64,000 nt of DNA from Trichoplax adhaerens (lineage: Eukaryota; Animalia; Placozoa): NCBI RefSeq assembly GCF_000150275.1, contig NW_002060944.1:5865102-5929101 (forward strand), given 5' to 3'. This document shows positions 40,861 through 54,900 of this stretch, in pieces (position 1 is the first letter of the stretch; each line of letters opens with the position of its first letter). The translations under genes and the position numbers were made by a program. The notes under the pieces were generated by a model. It had not been told where the DNA came from, did not search any database, and saw only the letters and a list, made by a program, of their open reading frames with translations.

Positions 40861-41799
40861 CATTTCAAATGATTCAAATGATTGGCCACTCTCCCTAGCC
40901 TATTTGCTGTTCAACAGCGGACTTCTCCTAAAACTGACTACTTCCGTGCCTGTTTTCTAAATCACTGGTAGTTATTGAAATCAAGGTAGCATAGTATAAT
41001 AATCAGTAATCGACTAGAGGACTGACCGATTCAACAAACAAATATATATATATATGGCATATACATAGTAATCTCATTAAAAAGATCCTATACTATCAGT
41101 ATAGCAAATATACAGCAATAACCAAGGAGAGTTGTGATTGATGGAATTGTTGTGCAAGTGCAGATGTTCTATTCTTAGTCAATAACAAAAGTTTTAGTCT
41201 ACCTTTTCTGTCATGGATTAAAATGATTATTTATTTTCAGTAAGTAGAAATGGAGTAGCAGATAATAAGATTCAATGCAATATGACTTAATTGCATACTG
41301 AAGTACTGTCATAACGGATCAACGTTGATCCATCAGAACGAAGTATTGAGCACAATATTTTAACGAGATCAGAGACGAGAATGTCTGTCCATCCAAAAGT
41401 GATCAATCCAGGGTCTTCTTCTACTGTACTCTACACAATACTGTGGTAGGTAGTCCATGCTCAGCTGTGGACTACTAAAATTGATTAACGATAATTAAAG
41501 GTATTTTAGTAGTGTGTGTATAATCCCACCCACAACCACTCTTATCCTATGTAATGTTGATCCCATGATAATTGATGCAACCATTGCTCTTTTCTTTTAG
41601 ACTATTTTAGACTACAAGATGCAACCGTAGAGCGAAAATGGCACGGAAGCACTAGCTAATAATGCTGTAAAATCGAGAACGGAATAGACAGTAAACAAGA
41701 CGCGTTGAAAACGTAGCGCATGTCTACTTTAGCTTGAGCACTTTTTCCATAAGTCCAAATGTCTAATGCTTTCTAGATATCCTATTGTAAATTAAAAGC

Positions 41800-42300
41800 A
41801 TGACTACCGTAGGCGAATACTGCAGCTAATTTTGAATGAGCCCAATAGTTTACCATAGTCATGACAATGTCGACAAAACATGGCATAACTTAATTAATTG
41901 TACAGGTATTATTCTACTGACTAGAATATCCACTCTGCTGCTATCCCTACAGAATTCAAAACATGACTTTAGCTAGGGCTTCAGCTAATTTTAAATGAGT
42001 TTCATGCTTTGTAATAACGTGTCTGATACTCTGATGATTGAAAGTGTCAACACAATCAATTTAAAACATCATTTTAGCTAACTTTAAATGTTTACAGCTA
42101 ATACTTAGTAGGTAACATGTCCAAATACTCCGCTAGTTGAAAGTATCGAACACAATCAATTTAGAATATCGAATGTTTTAGCTAATTTAAAACATGGCTT
42201 AATCGTTCAACTTCCAATGAATCGAATACTTTAAAGGTATCGCATCTAGTGTTGTGATAATTAGAATATCGATTGACACAGTAAATTCAAAACAACTTGA
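41800..42300. repeat. Degenerate short tandem repeats
   Basis: Recurrent (C/T)AGCTAA(T/C)TT, AACACAATCAATTTA, GAAAGT and AAAACATG words. Confidence 0.5.
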
Positions 42301-43196
42301 ATAAGTTCGAAATGGGTCTAACTATACCATAAGCTCGATAATTCTATACTGCACTTCGTAGTGATACAACCAATGCAACAGCTGGGTTAGGTCTTAAATC
42401 TCGCTCGAGCCCAGATACAACTATGTTATTGATGCCGGGAAATAGCCATTTACTCACTTGATGAATTACAGTTTTAGTTTAACCAGTCTGTGGGGAATGA
42501 ATCTGCAAAACATATTGCAGGTAATAATGGAGCAGGTGTTTAGCAGACTACCGTAAACCGTAGAGGTCATCGCTAGCCCTTATGCCGTTTGTATTGCACT
42601 GCGCCTGAATTGGCTTTAACAAATAGGGAGGCAGTGGGCAGATTTTGATGTTTGTGCCTTTAGATTGGTATTCTCTTGAACTAGGATAAATTTACTAGTT
42701 AGTGTATACGAAAGGATCATTAGTAGTTTAGCTAAAGGATCTCTTCAAAGACAGTAGAGTATTACGACATTTTCTTAATGCTGTAAGATCATCCGTAGCA
42801 GACGTTTTGATGGCTCCATTGCAGCCAGCATAGCGTCCCACTTGGCTTTAGTCTTTCTGTCCGTGCTCCAGGTCGTGATAGAGATGCTATAGTAACATAG
42901 TAACGAAACGCCGACCTGGCCAATCCATCCCAGTCGATAGGGAATCCAAGACCTTACCCAACCATAACAGGTGTCACTATTAAAAATATAGTCATACTAG
43001 CGTATCTGTACTGCAGTCGAGTATAGATAAACTGAGACTCCATTCCAGCTGTCCTACTGTCCTGCGTCCCGGGCTAACGCCAAAGCGGAGAAAGGCAGCA
43101 GGAGCTTAGTGAAACTTGTCAAGCAACACCCCAGCAAATTGAATTTTTACTCTAATTCCAACATTAATCAGTTCTAATTCATCGATTGTCAATACC

Positions 43197-46100
43197 ATGT
43201 CACAGAGTAATAAGCGCAATAAACCAAATAAAACGAAATCTACTGATATATTAAGAGTCATGGATAAATTCGGCAATCAAGAAAAGAAAGCATCCCGTAA
43301 CGATGGGCCAACAACAACTCCAACCAGTAGTAGTAATACCAATCATGAAAGCACAGGTTAGCTAAGAATATACAATGCCTATATATACATACTATCCGAG
43401 TTCAACAGGATTTATAACAATATTGCTATATCTGGATTCGCTTTCCTTATTTAGCTAACCCAATTGTGTTCAACTAATCCTGATAAAGTGCTTTCATAAT
43501 TGTCGAATAATATTGCAATCATTTAATGTACTATTACAGATTAAGGAATTAGGCATGCATGGCAGTTTAAGTCGATGTCGATTTCGTGGCGTCTGCTGGC
43601 GAGTAAGATAATAATCAATTAAAAATTCGATCGATGCTTGTTATATTGATCATGGAATTAATCAACCTGCAACACAGCCTGGATATACAATAAATAGAAT
43701 TTAAAGGTGATACTCTACCACTTTTCCTAGGTTTTCCTCGATTGCTTACCGCGTGATACCTCTAAATGGATTACTGCAACCACCAAATTAAGGAAAAGTT
43801 ATGACGAAATCAAGGAAAAGGTTCTTAAATACAGCATTATATTCCCTATCTTACCCTTAATACAATAGGTGGCGTAGATAATATATATTTTATGAGAGCT
43901 CTTGTTCTGTATACTAGTGGAGTAATGGTTAGGTAAATTAATTGAGAAATTTTGCGAAACTAGAATTATGGACTTACTTAATCTATATCATAAGATGTAC
44001 ATTTTGAGTTGAAATATCCTCTATTAATGTAATCAATATCTTGTTACATTGTGCAGTATTTATTAGATCCTCATCAGCAGCATGGCAAAGACATAAATAT
44101 TGATAATCCACTTTCTCAGGATAAAGATGTAAGTAAATTTATTTAAAGCAAATGACTACCAATCCGTATGCTGAATGCTAGAAAATCAAAATTATTTTAT
44201 GGTTGCGTATTGCAAATGTGGCTTAGTTTAGTTACGGCTAGAAATTTATCATACTGAAATATCATCTTTATTTTTAGAGCGTTTGGTGTCAATTTTTCGA
44301 GCATACAGAATTAATGCAAATAATAGAACAAGATGTAAATAGAACGTAAGTATGACATGATTCAAAAAATTGATCATGTTACATCTAATTTGCTATCTAT
44401 TTACAATCTAGATCTTTAAATGCTATCCTTACAGTATTTGAATATTATAGTAATGTTTCTAATTATAATTATTAGATTTCCTGAACTGACGTTTTTTCAA
44501 TCAGCAAGAGTAAAGTAAGCTCAGGACAATAATTTAGTACATATGATATCAGTACATCTATGATTTCTATTAATACCTGGGTATAACATAATCGAAATGT
44601 TAAGTATACATATTTTATTATAATTAACCAGAAATATCATGATGAATATTTTATTTTGTTACTCGCGAGATAACTCTGCTCTATCCTATCGCCAGGTTTG
44701 TTGCTTTTACTGCACTGAGTAACTTACTGTTTATTATTTTATCTTATGCATTGGCATTTAGTAATAAAGAATAACATTAAGCTAACCTACTATAGTAAAA
44801 ACCTATCTTTATACTATTATAAAGGGCATGCATGAACTACTCGCGCCAATAATTTTAACGTTAGAGCGAGATATAATCCATACAAAATCCAAAGCAGAAA
44901 ATTTATCGTAAGTTTGATACATTTCTAATAAGCATTCATTCAAATATAAAAGTAATACTTATGAATAAATGTATTCAACGATAGTGATATCGCTCAACAC
45001 TTATTGCAAGAAAAATATCTTGAACATGATTCATTGTAAGTCAGCTAAGCATAAGCTTTTTCTCCGCATTATAGCTTTTATTGATACTATTATTATTTCT
45101 TTACTTCCTTGACTTAAAAAACTTTTGTCATTTCGTAAATGCAAACGAATGTAGTAGTAGTAATATATATATAATATAGAAAGTACATTGTTAACAGCAT
45201 ACTTCAGTAATAAAAGCTAATAGACAGTATCTCGACGGCCGTAACTACACTATTTAATCTAACTCTGGAACTATTCTTAATGATATTGTTTTTGCCGTTG
45301 GTAATATTGTAGTCATTTATTCGCGCAATTAATGACTGTAGCTGAATGGTGGTATTTACAGCCTGAGCGAGATGAGATGAGGGAAAGGACTAAGGATAAG
45401 GTGAGCTCTTTTGATACAGTTATTACTTATTATTAGTGTGAAGATATTGTAACCAGTATTACGACCCTGCATACTATTACTTGCAATAATCTTTGTAAAA
45501 GTGTTGTGAAATTTCTTTTCAAAATGACTAATATTATTCTATCTCATTCAGTCTCGCCCTGTCGAAAATTTATTGGATGTTCGACTGTTTAAATATGATC
45601 AACATGGAAGTGATCTGGATACTCCAGTATGTAATAATAGTCCTCTTATATCTGCATAATTGCGTCTAATACGTTTCCAGCAAGCATTACTAAAGTGTAT
45701 TTGAATATAATAATTTTTTCCTTATACATTACAGTCTTCTCATTTAGCAAAGAAAGTCAATTACATACAAAATGTATTACTTAAGAGGATAGATTATGAA
45801 TTATGTTCTCATTTGGCAAGATTAGATATAGCCCCTCAAATATATGGAATGTAAGTTAATATCAATTTCCTCAGGATCGTCTCTTATTATAACTAGCTTT
45901 TCACAATTTATAAAAGTACAATATTCTTTGATAACAGCCGTTGGATTCGCGTTATGTTTGGTCGTGAGTTTCCAATGGATGATGTCCTAGTATTATGGGA
46001 TGCAATTTTCGCTGATGGAAAACCATTTTCTCTTGTTGACTACGTTTATGTTGCGATGCTAACTTATATTAGAAATTGGCGTAAGCATTAATAATTAATT

Positions 46101-47678
46101 TGTATCATTATTTTCTGCTTCGACCGTAGATCTCATCAATACATAATATATATTTGTATCAGGCTTCACTAATCTGATATACTAAGTATTAAACGACATT
46201 TATAGTGTTGGAAAGTGATTATGCAACCTGTATGACAAAATTAATGAAGTATCCTCCAGCTGGCGATATCAGCTATTTTATAGATAAAGCTCTATACGTA
46301 CGAGATCCTTCTGTAAGTCAGCTTATAGGTTATTTGATTTGATTAGCTGCATTTCTTACATAGAAGGTAATGAATTGAATTACCCTGTGATGTATATATA
46401 CATTTGCAGAACAATATGAAACCACCTCAGTACGAGTATGGAGCTACAGTTAAAATTAGTAAAAAGGAAGTTCAAAGTAATACCTCTAACGCTAAGACTG
46501 AGCGAAAATTTCTAGCCTCATATCACGCTAAGACTCGTAATACAAGTGATAGCAAGAATAAGGAGGTAAGTCAATATTACTTCAGGTTAAGTTCACCATA
46601 CCGTTAATTTGTTTTATAATAATTTATAACAGGTAACTACTAAGCAAAAGGAGACTTCGCTTTCTGTTGTTATGAAATCGCATAACACCAAGCCTATCAA
46701 CATCAAGAGCACTCGAGATAGACTGTCAAAGGGCGAAGATGACGTTTTTCTGTCTCACAGTGATATTGAAAGCGATTTATGTATAATTTCTCATCCGACA
46801 AATACGAAAACAGAACAAACTCCTCGAGTGTCGAAACCAAGGAGCATTTCGTTCTCACGTAAAAGATCTGGATCAGAAAGAAAGGTATACTCGCATATTG
46901 CTATGTTTTTAACATTGTAAGAATTAAAATTTTTTAATAAGTGTATAATTTAGAGTCAGTACAATAATATATACAGTATAATATAAAATTTTAAGTATTA
47001 TTATGACATATTTCTCTCTGTTATTGTAACTCTAGCGATCTACATCGACAAGCGATCCCATTGACTTAAACCTTAAGACAAAATTTGAAGACTTGAAGAT
47101 TATGTGTAAATACTGTTCATCAAAAATGGATTCCTACATAGGTTAGCTATCATCTATTATTGAAAACTTAGAGCATGTCAACGGCATGTATATTGTATAT
47201 ATACGGTTCAAATTGAATATTCCTGTTATTAGAGAGTTTACAACAAGAAATGCAACTACTATCTATGGGAGATAGAGAAGATAAAATCTTATTAGCGGTT
47301 GCTGGCTTGAAAAAGGTAACGTATTCTTTTATAACCCCCAAAAATACCAATGCGAATTTATAGAACTATATAATTAATGCACCGTTAAGTAGAGGCATTG
47401 ATATTAATTCATTATTATCGAGTTATATAATAATTTGCTCTAATTGTTAGGTTCGAGACATTCTGAAGGGTACATTACCATTTGCTGGATCACCAATAGA
47501 ACCAGATGATGTCATAGATACTGACATTTTAGTTCCTGCAGCAAGAGTAGCTAGCCGTACACCCAGTCCTAGTGAAGAATTTGAAAGCAGTATTGACGTT
47601 GACGCTGAAAAGGAAGATCTTAAAGAACTTGTTGATTCTTCCAGTACAGCAACTGACGACATCAACTCCCATAATTGA
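43197..47678 (+). CDS. TBC1D5: TBC1 domain family member 5, Rab7 GAP (start and first junction uncertain)
   Basis: GSLSRCRFRGVCWR, DNPLSQD, IEQDVNRTFPE (Arg finger), YRQGMHELLAP (Gln finger), LEHDS, IAPQIYGIRWIRVMFGREF, LWDAIFAD, LMKYP and C-terminal LAVAGLKKVRDILKGTL. Stop TGA at 47676-47678. Confidence 0.92.
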
Positions 47679-48391
47679 TTGTTAATAAAGTATACTTCCA
47701 TAATATCTTAATAATAATGAAATCGGTAGAGCAAAAGGAAATTTACCTGCAGAGTATGATATTATTTTTGCTGCTTTGAGCTGATAAATAATGCCGCTTT
47801 TATACATAAAAATATTTTATTACAGTATAGATCGATTGCTGTACATGATGCATGTTTATGATTGACATAAAGGATAGAATAATATGCTAAATCTAGAGTT
47901 TATAGATATTTCACTATATGTATTACTAAAATCTTCGAAAATATTTCTATTGCTGCCAGTAGTTAGGCATTTACAGCAGATTTCAAAATTTCATCACCAC
48001 AGCCGCCAATCAATAGTAATATCTATTTTATAATAAATTTCAGTCTAAATATAATACAGTATTATAGAATTTGCTGATATTCACCGACTGATAGTAAGTA
48101 AGTAGTAAATAGTTTGCTGTTTATGTTATAAGATTTCATTTGAGTAGTATAAAGGTTTGCATACTGGCTGATAGAACCAACAAATTTTTTTTAAGATGTT
48201 GAAGGAATTTGCTAACAAAACTGCACATTCACAGAATAGTCTACGGAAAAGACATTTTATAATCACAGAAGGATTTATACACGAAAAATGAAAGTTACTA
48301 ATTCGCTAAGCACAAAGAATATTCATATACTAATTTTCAATCAATGTGATATAAAAGTTTTAGAATTTTACATTGATATGGTGTATTCTTG

Positions 48392-51192
48392 TTACGATTT
48401 TATTTCAAATTTGTCGTAAGAAGACAATATTTCGGCTACCAGATTAAGAGCGTCAGCATCACTTAACAATTTTCTATGAATTAAAAACAAACAATAAACT
48501 TTACTTAAAATATAACTTACTACATGTAATGTACGTTTATAAAAGTAAAGGAATGGAATCCATAAAAGTAGTGTGTATAAAATTTGAACAATGCTAGTGA
48601 CTTACTTCACTGATTCCTTAGCGTTTTCCGCAATTTGATGCAGCTGTTGTGAAGCGAATTGAACATTTTCTTTAGCAGAAATCATGCCATGTAGTTGTTG
48701 TTTTAAGATCGCATTATTTGCTTTAACTTCAATCAATTCCTTTTTTAGTTCAGCAACAACAGCTTCGGCATGAGTAGCTCTTTTCTATAATATCAAACAA
48801 ATAGATTTTCTTCTTTATTTCAATTTAATTTCAAGTCAGTTTTAACATACTCGCCTCTTGTAGAATAATTTTATATCACATTACGAATTTATGGTACCAA
48901 CTATGAATCCTGACGAAATTGATACAATTACACCAGCCATACTGTACTCAATCTATTACCTAGTGAGTTAATGTCATAAAATCTAAGTGATGAACTCGGC
49001 TAAAACGTTCTTTTATGCTAACGAATGTAAAATCTTTAACACCGATTTTAACGTTGTAAAGGTTAGCAAATACTCCGATGCTAATTAAACCATTGATTCA
49101 AATCATAGGCTATAATTATATTAACAGTTTTCGCTAAGGAAACATAATATTTACGGTCGCTATTTGTAGGTTTTGTTCAATTTTTTCTGTAACTTGTTCA
49201 AGAGCAGCAGTCTCTTCAGCATCTTTCATTCTGATAAGTTTTAAATTTTCTTTTAATTTTGATACTCTGTTATAACATAAACAGAAAATATTGCATTACT
49301 TTCAATGTAAATTTTCCTTCTTTATTGGCTTTAGGTAGAGCTTGCTTTTAGTTTCGGTAAACATATACTCGTATATAATATCATTTTTGCTTGTTTTAAC
49401 ATTCAATCGATGAAGCGTTGTTTAAAATACAATCTATAGTGATAGTTTTAGTATTATCAAAAAAAGAGGGCTATTGCAATTAAATAAAATGGCAATCATT
49501 GATCGCGTCTGTAAGATAACATACTGTGAAATAGATTCATCTCTCTCGGTTGTAATTTTCGCTATCTTTTTCTTTAAGTTTGAATTTTCAAGCCTTAACT
49601 GGAACAAGAACAGGATATAATTCAAAATAGTACTCCTTCATAATAGTAATATCAAGAAATTTATGCTTCGACAATATAATGCGCTATGACAATCTAGACG
49701 TGAAATCGGATCTAATAACAAATGTACGATCGCGCTATAAATACGATAACGTGATCTAATCGCATTAACCGACAAGTGCACGCATCAGGCTCTCCGGCAG
49801 CTATTCATGCCCCTCTTCTTTTAATTTATTTAATATTGCTAATCATGAATAGAGCTTGGCTATTACGTGATTAATGCCGTAAGCAATACCATAAAACACT
49901 CAGTAATGATAAACGGACGGTGAAACTACTCTTATATTTCCTAAAAAACAATCGTGAATCTACCTTAATCACGTCGTCATCATCTTGAGAAAATATATCT
50001 AATTTACTGCCACTAGCTTTTTTGGATTTATTCTTTTGCTTCTTTTTCGTCATTTCTGTTGTTTTATTTGTGCCTTCAAACGAAAACGGATTGACTTCTT
50101 CACCTTTTTCATCAGCTTTGAATAAAACGACAAGAATATTTTATCAAGATAGTATTCAAATTTTAAAGTAACATAATCATCCCAAGTACAACAAAACACG
50201 TAATGCATTTTTACTAATTATCCGTTAAAATCTATGAATCCCAACAGATCAATGAAATAGAGTACGGTTTCATTTTATACAATATTCAAATTTGCTAATG
50301 ACGTACACGTATGTTATCAATCAATCGTTTAACCTCAATAATGTACATTTAACAAGTCTACATTTATTGATATATTTCATATGGATTTGTAGCGCTTTAA
50401 GCTTTCAAGGTTTTATTAAATGAATATTGTATCTATCTCCTAATAGAATATCTCGATCTAGCAACTTTCTACTCGTATCTTCTGTCATTTGATATTGTAT
50501 TTTAATTTATTTCTTAAGAATAGTGTTACTGATTCCTTACACGTTTTACTTGTTGCTAGCAATCGATACTGTTGTAACCAGCATCGTATGCGTCAGTAGT
50601 ACGTTACGATTTCATTGATCGATGAGTAAGGATTGATAACATAGACATAGCAAGGGAATTCATCTCAGCTTCATAATCTGTACTGATGCTGTATATTATT
50701 ACTATAGTTATAGTAATCATCCAATAGAGCCTTCCTTAGTAATTATCTATCTACTATTAGTGCATTACGTTTGGCATGTTGCCCAACATGTAAATTGGCA
50801 GCAGATTTAAAGCAAAATGTCAGTCAGTATAGAATATCAGACAGTAAATCAGTATCTACTATGTCATACCTAATGTACTATTCTAAGCTTAGAAGTAAAG
50901 GATATTCTCATCGATTTGTAGATCAATAAGCAGTATCATTGACTTAAAAAATTATCCACAGTATCTCTTCCACTGTTTACTTTTACTGCATACCTGCAAG
51001 GTCCTCTTCCAGCACTTGTGCGATAGTCATGCTATGACTTTTTGAATGACTGCTGTCGCTATCCGATACAGTTTCGTCTACGAACTGTTGACTCTTGACA
51101 AAATTGGTAAAAGAAAAGGGATTGGCCCGGCTGGGCAAACCTTCAGCGTTCTGTTGATTTTCATCATCTATCTGGTACTGGCTGTCCTCCAT
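48392..51192 (-). CDS. ENTR1: Endosome-associated trafficking regulator 1 (SDCCAG3)
   Basis: Two NPFSF motifs (ANPFSFTNFV; VNPFSFEG). C-terminal coiled coil ETAALEQVTEKIEQNLQIATKRATHAE...KLLSDADALNLVAEILSSYDKF matches the ENTR1 C-terminus as I recall it. Stop at 48392-48394. Confidence 0.85.
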
Positions 51193-51324
51193 GGCTCTCA
51201 GCTCTTTCCACAGTTTTTCATTCCATCCTTAACGACATCATTCATGGATGTACAGTATATTGGTAGCAACTCTAACACCACGTATACACTTTTATAATAA
51301 TTATCTCTTGAGCTATAGCGACAG

Positions 51325-51608
51325 TGGCTGCACCTCAATATAAATCAATATGCTTCGAGAGTCTATAAGATTTACTCAACTCGAATTTGATCACTTCTTA
51401 AGCTTCCTAAGCTATCAATGGCTGCACCTCAATATAAATCAATATGCTTTGAGAGTCTATAAGATTTACTCAACTCGAATTTGATCACTTCTTAAGCTTC
51501 CTAAGCTATCAATGGCTGATGCTTTCACCTCAATATAAATCAGTATGCTTTGAGAGTCTATAAGATTTACTTAACTCGAATTTGATCACTTCTTAAGCTT
51601 CCTAAGCT
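51325..51608. repeat. ~94-bp tandem repeat, 3 copies, in the ENTR1/BOP1 divergent promoter
   Basis: TGGCTG...CACCTCAATATAAATCA...GAGAGTCTATAAGATTTACT..ACTCGAATTTGATCACTTCTTAAGCTTCCTAAGCT starts at ~51325, 51419 and 51512. Confidence 0.95.
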
Positions 51609-51684
51609 GCCCAAAAGTCTGATGGCTATCGAATAATTCTTAACATTTGCTCTCCGCTGAATGAAATCCGAGGTGGTTGCCTTA

Positions 51685-51880
51685 GTAATACAGTACAGTA
51701 CTGTACAGTGTACACTCTAGAAAACGAACTTTTAACCATAATAATACAGTACAGTACTGTATTGTGCATCTGACTACAGTACTGTACCGTGCTGTACTGT
51801 ACTGTACTGTACTGCATCATGTGAGCACAGTACAAACCTACAGTACGGTACTGTAACATTACAGTACCGAGTACTCTAGC
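51685..51880. promoter_or_regulatory. TACAG/CTGTA array plus GTACTCTAG upstream of BOP1
   Basis: (TACTG)n and (TACAG)n runs, with GTACTCTAGC ~60 bp before ATG 51931. Confidence 0.6.
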
Positions 51881-51930
51881 ATCCCTGCAAGCATGCAACA
51901 CCTGAATCCAGGAGACCCCTTTTAACGGCG

Positions 51931-54900
51931 ATGATGGCTGATCACCAAGATAGCTCTGAATCAGATTATGGCGAGCTCGACAGTGAATTAATCGATTCGG
52001 TCTGTTCTTTAGCTTATTTGAACATATTATTGCATGTATGCTATGATCTTAGCTAACATAGAACTTATAACATTAGGATGAGAGTGGCTCTGAAGAATTA
52101 GAAGATGATAATGTAATGGATGACAGTTTAACAGACGAGGTAAGTCCCTTTGCAACATCTTTTATTTGTCCATCTTTTACACGATGTGTAGGATCGGCAT
52201 ACTGTATATTGTATTGATTCGCTATACGGGATAAGAAATGTGGTCAATGTCACTAGTAATAATCATGATATGGATAAAATCTGGCACCGATTATTACAAG
52301 AGATGTTTAAGATATTTCTCTTTACCTATTAGGGTGATGCTAGCTTGGAAGAATCGGACAATCAATTAACAGACGAAGAGGTATAACTTTATTCATTTGA
52401 TACCATGAAAGTGATTATACTGTGAAGTACAGCAGGATAAAATGGAATGCAATAACTTGGTTGTTTCACTATGATCATATACAGTACAAACAATACCCTG
52501 TCAAAATTTCTATATAATTAGGGTAATGCTAGCTTGGAAGAATTTGACGATAATTTAACGGACGAGGAGGTACGTACAACTTTGTCTTTATTCACCTGTA
52601 ACTATGACAGTATGAAAGTGATAATGATACAGTGCAGTACAATGGATAGACGAATGGAAGTTTAACGAAGCTATTTGGTTATTCCTATATTTTTATGTGA
52701 AGTAATCTAGTGACATGATAGTATATTGCTACTAGACTACTTTATGTGTTACTGCAGGTACATTGGTGCAGTTCTGATTTGAATCAATCTGTTCTAGGAT
52801 ATGGAAAAGGATATCCTTAGTGATGACAGTCAGGAAAATATTCAGGCGGTACCGGAAGAAGACTCCTCAGATGAAGAGGTTACTAACAATGACCTAAAAT
52901 GTATCTTAAAAGTATCTTTTAACGAAGGAAATAGCGAACCATATATATCGAGTTCTTTTATTTTGTAATACTTATACTGCGCTGCTCACCTCCAGATATT
53001 AAACAGAGTGTACCTTGTATCGATCGTTAAAGTTTATGCTAAACTCTATTTTATAGCCACTGCGAACTCTTCACATATATTTTGAGGAGCTTGTTCGATT
53101 GAATATCATTAGCTATGCAGTATAGCTGTACTTCATATTATATGATAGCGTATCTTTCAATTTTGTACGTATAACTTTATTCATATATCATCACAAAGAA
53201 TTGCTGTACAATAATTTTGATGTAATCTCGGCAAGTAAATGATAGTGAACAAAACAATACTTTAACTTTGAATAATTTGCAGCCTATGTGTTGAATCGTT
53301 TAAAACCTAAAGCTACATCAGATCTTTAATGCCGAAAGGGATATATTTGCAGTATACCAGTAACGAGATAATGTAGTATGTCTGCATTCGATGGATACTG
53401 TCATTTCTGTAAAGCATCAAGTCTCAATGATTGTATATGTATTTATTGAACAGTTAATGCATAACCATAAATGTAGATGACAACAATTTAGATCGTCATA
53501 GCATATTTATTCTAATAATGGATTTGACATGCAATTGACATTCTTTAATTTTATTTAATATAAATCGGTTAGCCACGAAATACCGTCGGCAATATCCCTA
53601 TGAACTGGTACGATGACTATCCACATATCGGTTACAACCTTGGAGGAAAGAAAATCCCGAAGCCACTGAAAACCGATGAAGTGAGTATGATACAAGTTCT
53701 AACTCAATTTCTTGATATACTGTTACTGATTGCTATTAGGTAATGTAATACCATGGAAATTGTTCTAAGAATTGTTTTATTGGCTTTAGCTGGACAATTT
53801 CTTAAAGAAAATGGATGACCCAAATTTTTGGTATGGTGATTACCGTTAATATTGATATCGAACTCTTACTAACCTAAAAATTGCATCTCAGGAGAACTGT
53901 TACAGACAAAACTACCGGAAAAGAGATAGTTTTAACCGATGAAGAGTTAGCATTAATTCAACGTATACAGGATGGAAACTTTCCTGATGCGTCTTACGAT
54001 CCTTATCAAGTTGGTTATTATTCATTGCTTAGTATGTTGTACTTAGCGTACTCTTTTACGTGTGTCTAAATGCACCATTATTATAACTTCCGATAGCCAT
54101 ATGAAGACTTTTTCACTCGTGAACAATTGATTACTCCATTATCAAATAAACCTGAACCAAAATCAAAATTTATTCCATCTAAATGGGAACATAAAAGGGT
54201 ATGGAGGTTGATTGATAATTCAATGGTATCATTTTACGTTTTGCTAATATCAGAGAAAAAATATTCTGTCGTCTAGGTTATGAAAATTGTAAGAGCTATT
54301 AGAAATGGATGGATCAGACCAAGAGTTGAAAAGGACGCTAAACCACAATATTACCTATTATGGGACAAAGAAGGCCAGCAGGTAACATAGAAAATTGATA
54401 TTTTAGAGATGGCATAGATTAGTTATACTCAAACAAATTCATACTTGCAATCCCCACGGCACCGTAGAAAGATCATCCAATGCATATTCCTGCTCCGAAA
54501 TTAAAAATGCCAGGTAGTTCACAGATGTATATTAAAAAATTCTATAATTATTTTATACACATGTCTGAGAAAAAGTCACTTTTATCCACCGTATTTTAAA
54601 AGGTCATGAAGAATCCTATAATCCTCCACCGGAATACCTTCCGAATGAAAAAGAAGTCTGTACTTAATTCTAATAAGTGTGCAACTAGTGAAGTTATTAT
54701 TAAGACATCCCTATGACTTTCAATAAATAGATTCAAGCTTGGATTGAAAAGGATCCTGAAGATAGAGCTCTAAACTTTTTGCCTAAAAAGTATATTGATC
54801 ATAGTGTTTATGTGATCTACTTCCATCTTACTCTATACAAGTTAGTGTAACCATGAAAGATTAAGGGTTTTTTTCCATTTCGATTATTTCTTTGTGCTCG

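Noticed and set aside
41316-41331. 16-bp perfect palindrome GGATCAACGTTGATCC
   Set aside because: Isolated, with no supporting context; could arise by chance or local template switching.
42384-42391. CCTAACCC on the minus strand as a telomerase template
   Set aside because: The downstream sequence is AT-rich degenerate repeat with no telomerase RNA structure.
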